From contig JAZKFH010000011.1 in NCBI GenBank assembly GCA_040386535.1, positions 1 through 64,000 on the forward strand: 64,000 nt of DNA. The letters run 5' to 3'. The position numbers and the translations under genes are program-made. The stretch comes from Myxococcota bacterium (GTDB lineage Bacteria > Myxococcota_A > UBA796 > SXON01). Position 1 is the stretch's first letter, and each line of letters begins with the position of its first letter. Below the pieces are notes generated by a model that made no database searches, was not told the origin of the DNA, and saw nothing but the letters and a program-made list of their open reading frames with translations. Below, one piece after another: positions 57,410 through 64,000 of the stretch.

Positions 57410-60400
57410 CTAAGGGTTGAGCTCGACGGAGCCGTCCGCGCCGACGACCAGGACGCCCGCGGTGGTGGCGTTGCCCATCGCCGCGACCTTGGTGCCGCCG
57501 ACGACGACGAGGGAGTAGCGTGCCGCGCTTGCGCCGGACACGGTCGCGAGGGCCGGACCGCTCGACTCGATGCGGGTGAGGATGGCGGCCAGGGCATCCG
57601 CGGCGGCGGGCGCGCTGGGCGTGGGGGTGCCGGTGGGGGTGGTGGGCGGCGTGCCGGAGGCGCTGGACGCCGACTCGACGGCCCGCCCCGCCGATCCGGC
57701 GAGGCCCCGGGTCAGGACGGTGGAGAGCTTCGACACCGGCTGATCCCGCGCCAGGAACAAGCTCGCGAGCTTGTTCTCCCGCGGCGCGGGGGCCCCCGCG
57801 GTCGCCGTCTCCGACGCCTTCGCGAGCAACGGGATGAACACCATGCTGCCGGACGGGGTGGGCGATCCGGGGCCGGCCCCGCCCGCGCCGCCCGTCGGCA
57901 GCGTGTACTGCACGAGCGGCTGCCTGATGACGCCCAGCACCTCGGCGAGCTCCTTGGGATGGAGCGGCACGGACACGGTGGTCCCGTCCGCGAGGGGCAC
58001 GCCCACCGACACGTTGGAGGGCCGCATCGGCCGCACCGGCGCCGCCACGGGCTCGGCGCCGAGGATGACGTTCGCCGAGGCGGTCACCGGGGCGTCGTCC
58101 GCCACGATGAGCACGACGTTGACCGCGTTTCCGGCCTGGCACCGGTTGCCGACGAACACGGTCGCGTCCGTATGGCGCAGGTAGGCCGCGCCGGTCCGGC
58201 CCTCGCTCCGCAGCGAGTTTCCGGTGACGGTGGTGGAGAGGACATCGGCGCCCTCGCCGAGCGCGAGCAGGGCCGGGCCGGGCGAGGACAGGTCGTTCCC
58301 CTCGATGTGGATGGAGCGCCACGCCGGGGGCGGGCTGAACCGGATGATGGGCAGCGGGCGCCGGACGAAGTCGAGCAGCCCGGGCCGCACCAGGGCGGTG
58401 TCGAACGTGTACGCGCGGGCGGGCGCCGCCTTGATCGACGGGCTCACCCGCAGCGAGCGGTTGATGGCTTGTCCGCTGCCGATGATCTGCTTGAAGCCGC
58501 CGAGCTCCACGTCGTGCGTGGGGCCGGCCACCTCCGGCTTCGCGGGCATCGCCGCTTTCACCGGCTCCACGGTGAGGAACGCCGCGCGGCAGAGCCGCTC
58601 GACCAGGGTGGCGCTCCCGGGCGTCTCGAGCACGAGCACCAGCGCCGCCCCGCCGCCCCCACCGCCGCCGTGGCGGAGCACGTTGCCGGTGACGGTGAGG
58701 TCGCCGCGCCATTCGAGGTGCGCCTCGTGCAGCAGCGAGCCGGGCGTGTCGTTGCCGTTGCCCTGGCTGCGGTTGCCCTGGACGACGAGCTGCCCGCTGC
58801 CCCGCGCGCGGAGCATGGCCTGGGGCCCCTCGAGCAGGCCCGCGCCGCCCTCGCCGCCCGACCCCTGCACCTGGTTCTGGGCGAGCGTGACCTGGCTGTT
58901 CCCGTCGGTCACCGCCTCGATCCCGGTCAACACGGCGCCGCGCACCTGGTTGTCGAGGATGTCGAGGTGCCCGCCCTCGGTCGAGCCGCCGCCGAGCGCG
59001 TGGGCGGTGCCGCCGGCGGTCGCCACGCCGTTGACCACCTGATCGATCACGTTCCGCGTGATGCGCACGCTCGCGCCACCCCCCACGACCAGCACGCCGT
59101 GCGCCGGCGAGAACCGGCCGCGTGCGTCGAGGCGCAGCGACTCGGCCAGATCGGTGGCGCTCGCGGCCGCCATGTCCTCCAGCCGCGCGCGCAGGCCCCC
59201 CAGCAGCTCCTCGCGCGTGCTCGTGGCCTTGAGCGTCTCGCGGACCGAGACGGAGAGCAGGCGCGTGGCGGCGGCGCCGTCCAACACGCGGCGCGCGGAC
59301 GCGGGCGCATCCGCGATGCCGGGCTCCAGCGCCGCGGTCATCGTCTCGAGCAGCACCTCGGTGGCGCCGACCTCGTCGGAGTCGAGGGTGGACTTCCGCG
59401 CGACCAGCCCGAGATCCCGCGCCATCAGGTGCAGGGCGCCCGCCGGGTTCGCGCCGCCCGAGCGGTTGATGACGTGCTCGGCGTTCAGGTCGACCGTGGC
59501 CTTGGCCGCGGTGAGGGTGGCAGCGTCGGTCCCCGCGCCCTGCGCCGCGAGCTCGAGCCGCGCCCGGTACTGGGTCACCTCCTCGCGCGTGGCGGGCTCG
59601 TCCAGCCGCCGGAGGATCCACGCCCCGAGGCCGGCGAGGCGCTTCGACGCCAGGGGCCCCGCGCCGCTCGCGGGGTCGTCCACGGGCGCGAGGAGGCTCC
59701 GGATGGCCAGCCGCGACACGACCGGCGGGCGCACCGGGAGGCGCGTCACGGGGGCGACGACGCGGGACACCCGGTTCTCGGCGATCTCGACCTCCGTGCA
59801 CGCGCACGTGGCGATGCCCGCGGTGCGCACCTCGACGGCGGCCGACGCGAGCGGGGAGCCCACGCCGTCGACCTGGTTGCCCCACACCTGCACCCCGTCC
59901 GCGCGGCACACGGCGATCGCAGCGCGCAACGTCTGGAGCTCCGCGCGGCGGAGCGCGCCGTCCAGGCCGCCGCGGACGGAGCCGCCCAGCGCCACGATCG
60001 CGCCCAAGAGCGCGTGCGACCGGGACAGGTCCGTCGCGTCCGGCGTGGCGGCGAGCCGGCGGGACAGCTCGGCGTCCACCTCGGCGAGCTCCGCGAGCAC
60101 GCTCTCTCGCGAGAGCCCGCCGTCGGCGAAGGGGGCGCGCGCCACGTCCTCGATGACGTTGTCCGCGATGACCAGCTCGCCCGCGGCGGCGCTGGTGCCG
60201 AGCACGCGCACCGCGGCGTCGCCCAGCTTGCGCACCCGGTTGTCGCAGATCCGGACGCCGCGGATCACCTGGGGCCCGCCGACCGCGATGCCGATGTCCA
60301 GGCTGGCGGCGCCGACACCCGACAGGTCGTTGCCGTTGACCTCCACGGCGTCCACCGACGGGCCCGGATCGCCGTCGTCCAGCCCGTCGCCGACGAGCAC

Positions 60401-63400
60401 CGCCGCGCGCAGGCCGAACGGACTGGTGGGCGAGGCGACCAGCTTCACCCGGTTGCCGAGCACCGCGATCTCGGAGCCCGCGACCACGATGCCGGCGAGC
60501 AGGGGCCCCCGCGCGGCGGCCATGTTCACGTCGTTGCCGACGACGTCCACGCCGGCGCCAGACACCTGGATCCCCGCCAGGGACGCGCCCCGGACGCGGT
60601 TGTCCGCGACGCGCGAACGTTCCCGCAATCGCACACCTGCGACGGCACGCTCCACCACGCCGATGCCGAGGAGGAACCCCTCCACCGTGTTCTCGGAGAT
60701 CTCCACCGAAGACGCGGACCCCTCGGTGAGGATCACGCCCGCCGTGGCGTCGCCGAGGCCGTCGAGGGTCGAGCGTGTCACGCGGAGGCCGTCCACGCGC
60801 AAGCCGGCCAGGGGCGCGACGCGCAGGGCCGCCCGCGTGAGGAAGGGCGCGTACGGGAGGGCCGCCACGCCGACCCGCGCGCGGATGCGGCAACCGGTGA
60901 CCGAGGCGTCCTCGATGCTCCCGGTGGCGAGCAGGCCGATGCCGGCGGGGCTCGCCGAGCGCGTGACCAGCGCGCAGTCCTCGATCCGCACCGCGCGCGA
61001 GTCGCAGAGGGTGATCACGCCGTGGGGCAGCGCCGCGAGGGCCGCGAGCAGCGGGGCCGCCTCCGCGACCGACTCGAGGTTCTGCCCGGGGAAGCGGCGT
61101 TGCAGCTGGCGGAGCTGCTGGTAGGTCGCGAGCACGCGCGCCGAGGCACGGCCCTTGCCGGCGTACACGGTGGGCAGGAGCGTGGCGACTTCGTCCAGCA
61201 GATCGGGCTCCGCGTCCCCCCCGCCGACGTCGCCGGGGTCGAGCGGCCGCGCGCCGGTGGCCGAGGGCTCCGACTGGGCGCGGCCGATGCGCGTCACCTC
61301 CGACGGATCCTCCACCATGCGGAGGGACTCCACGCGCACGTCCTCGCATTGATCGAGGTAGAAGGCGCCGCCCGCGCCGGTCACCAGCAGCTCGGTGCCC
61401 TCGCCCTCGCCGAGGATGCGGACGTGCTTGAGCCCGGCGATCACCACGGGGTGCTCCAGGCGGTAGCGGCCGCGCCGGATGTAGATCGTGCCCCCGGCGT
61501 CCGCCGGCGCCTCCTGCCCGTCGATCCGCAGCCGGAGCAGGCGGAGGGCCTCGGCCAGCGCCTCGTCGCCGGTCACGCCCTCGTCCAGGAGCTGGTCGAC
61601 GTCGCCGTGGCTGAACCGCCCGTCGCCTACGACGACGGTGAACGGGCCCTTCCCGTGCTCCTCCGTCTCCAGCTCGATCAGGCGGTCGCGCACGTCCGCG
61701 AGCGGCATCCAGCGAGGGCGGAGGTCCTCGAACACGCGCGTGCCGTCCGCGCCGGGGGTGATGCGCGCGAGGGGCACCGCGTGGTGGACGGGGCCCATCA
61801 CGGCCCGGTCGGTGAGGGTCTCCACCACGCCGCGGCTCGTCCCGTCGGCGAGGTGGATCCGCACGGTGAAGCACCAGTACTCGCCCGGCCGGAAGTCCGT
61901 GCCGCGGAGCGCGAACCGCAGCCCGTCGGGCAGGTTGTAGCAGACGCCGGTCTTGAGCCGGTCCGCGCCGTCCCAGCGCCGCAGGGCCGCGCGCCGGGTC
62001 GGGCTCGCCTCCCACGGCAGGGCGCCGCCGGCGTCGAGCGCGGGATCGGTCGCGAGCAGCGAGCCCGGCCCGTCGAAGATCACCGCCCCCGTGCCGGCCT
62101 CCACCGATCGGACGCGACGGAGCACGGCGGGGTGCGCGCCGCCCGGATCGCGCCGGGTCCACTCGTCCTCGACGACCACGAGGTCGCCCGGGCGCAGCCG
62201 CGCCGCGTCGCCCATCTGCACCACCACGCGGTCCGCCCCCGCCGCGGAGGTCTCCACGAGGGGGAAGACCGTCGCGCCGTTGTCGCGGGCCCACGCGATG
62301 ACCGGCGCGGGGCCGCCCACCAGCACCTCCACGCGCACGAACAGGTGCTCGCTCCCGCGGTAGCCCTCGCCGACGGACGCGGTCTCGGTGAACAGGCAGC
62401 GGTCGCGGCAGGGGTTGAAGTGCTCCACGCCGTAGCGCTCGGCCATCCCCATCGGCACGTTGGTGGTCAGGCGCCCGTCGCCCACCGCGCTCGGCGGCGT
62501 GGCGTCATCCACGGCCACGTTCGTACGCACGCGCACCTGTTGGACGAGGCGCAGGCGCGTGGTGGTGTCGAGCCCCTCCATCGCCGGCTCGAGGATCCCC
62601 GGGTCGTCCAGGGCGGTGACGGCGCGCTCCCACACGTCGAGAAACACGAAGTGCGCGCGCGCGGGCGCCAGGTCGGGGAGCGCGGCGGCGCCGGGCAGAT
62701 CGGGCTGATCGAGGTACCGCAGATCGCCGTCGTTCCAGGCGCGCACGCCGTCGACGTAGATCCGGCCGGGCGTCGTGCCGTCGCCACCGCCCACGACGAA
62801 GTCTCCCGTGCCGAGCGCGGGGGCCACGCCCCGGAGCCCGTCGATCCAGACGCGGGCGCGCGGCGGGAGCCCCGTGAGCCCCCAGCCGGTCAGGCGTCGC
62901 GAGGGCAGCCCGGCGGTCGCGAGGTTGACCTCGATGCGGGTCCAGCGCCGCTCCAGGGAGACGAGGCCGGTGGGGACGGTGACCGCGGCGCCGCCCTCGG
63001 CGCGCAGCCACACCTGCACGTCGGTGAGCTCGTCGTCGGCGGGCGGGCGCTCGAACCGAACGAACAGGACGAGGCGACGGATGGGGAAACCCGGCGCGAT
63101 CGTGTCGAGGTCTCGGGCGGCGAAGGTGCGGCGCACGCCGCGGTGCCCGTGGACGAGCAGCACGTAGGGGAGCCCGGCGTGCTCGCGGCGGTCGAGGCGG
63201 AGCTCGGAGCGGATGAGCCGGTCGTCGTCGGCGGCGAGCCCGTCGCCTTGCCAGCCCGTACGCCCCACAGGGTCGAGGAGGAACAGATCGCCCACGCGGA
63301 AGCCGTCGTCCGGGCTTCCGTGCACCACGTCGCCGCCGCGATCCCGCGTGTCGCGGGTGCGGAGGTGGACCTCCTCGTTCCAGTCGGCGTCCAGCACGGG

Positions 63401-63475
63401 CCGGCCCATCTGCTGGAACACCCCCGTGTCGCGACGCGTGGCGTCGAAGCGGGAGCGGGAGATGTAGGTCTTCAT
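57410..63475 (-). CDS. DUF6519-like protein with right-handed parallel beta-helix repeats (eCIS-associated, ~2021 aa)
   Basis: MKTYISRSRFD..GVFQQMGRPVLDADWNE, GRIYVDG, FLDVWERAVTALDDP..EPAMEGLDTTTR, and many I..N.V PbH-type repeats. Confidence 0.9.
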   Translation of the reverse strand: MKTYISRSRFDATRRDTGVFQQMGRPVLDADWNEEVHLRTRDTRDRGGDVVHGSPDDGFRVGDLFLLDPVGRTGWQGDGLAADDDRLIRSELRLDRREHAGLPYVLLVHGHRGVRRTFAARDLDTIAPGFPIRRLVLFVRFERPPADDELTDVQVWLRAEGGAAVTVPTGLVSLERRWTRIEVNLATAGLPSRRLTGWGLTGLPPRARVWIDGLRGVAPALGTGDFVVGGGDGTTPGRIYVDGVRAWNDGDLRYLDQPDLPGAAALPDLAPARAHFVFLDVWERAVTALDDPGILEPAMEGLDTTTRLRLVQQVRVRTNVAVDDATPPSAVGDGRLTTNVPMGMAERYGVEHFNPCRDRCLFTETASVGEGYRGSEHLFVRVEVLVGGPAPVIAWARDNGATVFPLVETSAAGADRVVVQMGDAARLRPGDLVVVEDEWTRRDPGGAHPAVLRRVRSVEAGTGAVIFDGPGSLLATDPALDAGGALPWEASPTRRAALRRWDGADRLKTGVCYNLPDGLRFALRGTDFRPGEYWCFTVRIHLADGTSRGVVETLTDRAVMGPVHHAVPLARITPGADGTRVFEDLRPRWMPLADVRDRLIELETEEHGKGPFTVVVGDGRFSHGDVDQLLDEGVTGDEALAEALRLLRLRIDGQEAPADAGGTIYIRRGRYRLEHPVVIAGLKHVRILGEGEGTELLVTGAGGAFYLDQCEDVRVESLRMVEDPSEVTRIGRAQSEPSATGARPLDPGDVGGGDAEPDLLDEVATLLPTVYAGKGRASARVLATYQQLRQLQRRFPGQNLESVAEAAPLLAALAALPHGVITLCDSRAVRIEDCALVTRSASPAGIGLLATGSIEDASVTGCRIRARVGVAALPYAPFLTRAALRVAPLAGLRVDGLRVTRSTLDGLGDATAGVILTEGSASSVEISENTVEGFLLGIGVVERAVAGVRLRERSRVADNRVRGASLAGIQVSGAGVDVVGNDVNMAAARGPLLAGIVVAGSEIAVLGNRVKLVASPTSPFGLRAAVLVGDGLDDGDPGPSVDAVEVNGNDLSGVGAASLDIGIAVGGPQVIRGVRICDNRVRKLGDAAVRVLGTSAAAGELVIADNVIEDVARAPFADGGLSRESVLAELAEVDAELSRRLAATPDATDLSRSHALLGAIVALGGSVRGGLDGALRRAELQTLRAAIAVCRADGVQVWGNQVDGVGSPLASAAVEVRTAGIATCACTEVEIAENRVSRVVAPVTRLPVRPPVVSRLAIRSLLAPVDDPASGAGPLASKRLAGLGAWILRRLDEPATREEVTQYRARLELAAQGAGTDAATLTAAKATVDLNAEHVINRSGGANPAGALHLMARDLGLVARKSTLDSDEVGATEVLLETMTAALEPGIADAPASARRVLDGAAATRLLSVSVRETLKATSTREELLGGLRARLEDMAAASATDLAESLRLDARGRFSPAHGVLVVGGGASVRITRNVIDQVVNGVATAGGTAHALGGGSTEGGHLDILDNQVRGAVLTGIEAVTDGNSQVTLAQNQVQGSGGEGGAGLLEGPQAMLRARGSGQLVVQGNRSQGNGNDTPGSLLHEAHLEWRGDLTVTGNVLRHGGGGGGGAALVLVLETPGSATLVERLCRAAFLTVEPVKAAMPAKPEVAGPTHDVELGGFKQIIGSGQAINRSLRVSPSIKAAPARAYTFDTALVRPGLLDFVRRPLPIIRFSPPPAWRSIHIEGNDLSSPGPALLALGEGADVLSTTVTGNSLRSEGRTGAAYLRHTDATVFVGNRCQAGNAVNVVLIVADDAPVTASANVILGAEPVAAPVRPMRPSNVSVGVPLADGTTVSVPLHPKELAEVLGVIRQPLVQYTLPTGGAGGAGPGSPTPSGSMVFIPLLAKASETATAGAPAPRENKLASLFLARDQPVSKLSTVLTRGLAGSAGRAVESASSASGTPPTTPTGTPTPSAPAAADALAAILTRIESSGPALATVSGASAARYSLVVVGGTKVAAMGNATTAGVLVVGADGSVELNP

Positions 63476-64000
63476 GGCGTTCTCCGGAGCGCGCGGGCGC
63501 GCTCGGTGAGGCTGCGATCGTCGTGCAGGGCGAGCATCCCCATCGGGATCGACTCGTCCGTGCGGCGCGCGAGCTCGTCGAGGCGTTCGGCCTGGTCGTG
63601 CCACGCGCCGGGGGTGCGGCCCTCGTCGGCTTGCGCGAGCAGGCGCGGATCGTCGGCGAGGCGCAGGTAGAGGGGATCCTCGGGGAGGACCGAGAGGAAG
63701 TTCGGCGGCACCGTGGTGCACCGGTAGATCTGGGGCGCGCGTCGGGTAGCGGGCGCCACGCTGTGGCGGATCCAGCCGACGTCGGGCCGATCCACGTCCA
63801 CCGCGCCGCTGAGCACGCAGGAGGACGCCCGGAGCTCGCCGGCCTCGATGCGCCCGCGGACCGTGCAGTGGCGCAGGCGCACGTCCGCGCCGCCGGCCAC
63901 GATCGCGGCGCCACCCCCGCCATCGCCACCCCCGCCATCGAACGTGCAGCCCGCGGCCACAAACCGGACCCACGGCGGCAGCTCCACCGCGCCCACGAGG
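63472..64000 (-). CDS. C-terminal part of an eCIS tail/baseplate-associated protein; starts beyond the right edge
   Basis: LRHCTVRG..LRASSCVLSG, GWIRHS, P.F.S....PLYLRL, ADEGRTPGAW..ERLDEL...ESIPMG; this type of gene usually precedes DUF6519 genes; ATGA overlap. Confidence 0.75.
   Translation of the reverse strand, partial: LVGAVELPPWVRFVAAGCTFDGGGGDGGGGAAIVAGGADVRLRHCTVRGRIEAGELRASSCVLSGAVDVDRPDVGWIRHSVAPATRRAPQIYRCTTVPPNFLSVLPEDPLYLRLADDPRLLAQADEGRTPGAWHDQAERLDELARRTDESIPMGMLALHDDRSLTERARALRRTP

Noticed and set aside
57116..63670. 2184-aa plus-strand ORF and 1633-aa alternative-frame minus ORF
   Set aside because: Shadows of the DUF6519 gene; low-complexity Arg/Ala/Gly translation.
50415..64000. 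Interpretation as a prophage or T6SS
   Set aside because: No capsid, terminase, integrase or T6SS membrane-complex genes in view; the Afp15-like ATPase, DUF6519 and DUF4157 favour eCIS, although sheath and tube genes are not in the window.

Overview
Very GC-rich bacterial DNA; the MLLLLLAC lipoproteins with Asp-Thr repeats suggest Myxococcota (inference). There are four blocks. (1) 1-6.2 kb: a DUF4157 (eCIS-core) gene running off the left edge, two DUF4157-gene remnants, and a lower-GC three-gene cassette (alpha/beta hydrolase, unknown protein, HExxH metallopeptidase-like protein) lying between ~274-bp direct repeats. (2) 7.5-35.6 kb: a lipopeptide NRPS cluster with no thioesterase and no transporter. 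It comprises a PPTase, FAAL-ACP-C-A-T, a MIO lyase/aminomutase, a stand-alone C domain, an APH-like kinase, a PhyH dioxygenase, partialC-A-T-E, C-A-T-C-A-T-C-T-C, a 59-aa ORF missing from the ORF track, a CocE/NonD hydrolase, a JmjC oxygenase and MbtH. (3) 35.6-38 kb: a tRNA-3'-like fragment plus terminator, an orphan toxin-tip/immunity-like remnant between duplicated mbtH segments, and a lipoprotein hydrolase. (4) 38-64 kb: an extracellular contractile injection system (eCIS) locus. The + strand carries an AAA ATPase apparently fused to a Pvc16/DUF4255-like domain, a 2.5-kaa annexin-repeat toxin with two nuclease-like domains, and candidate immunity genes. These converge on a minus-strand structural operon (tail/baseplate protein, DUF6519 beta-helix protein, gp5/VgrG-like spike, several unknowns) that continues past the right edge. 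All family calls come from motif recognition by eye; no searches were run.
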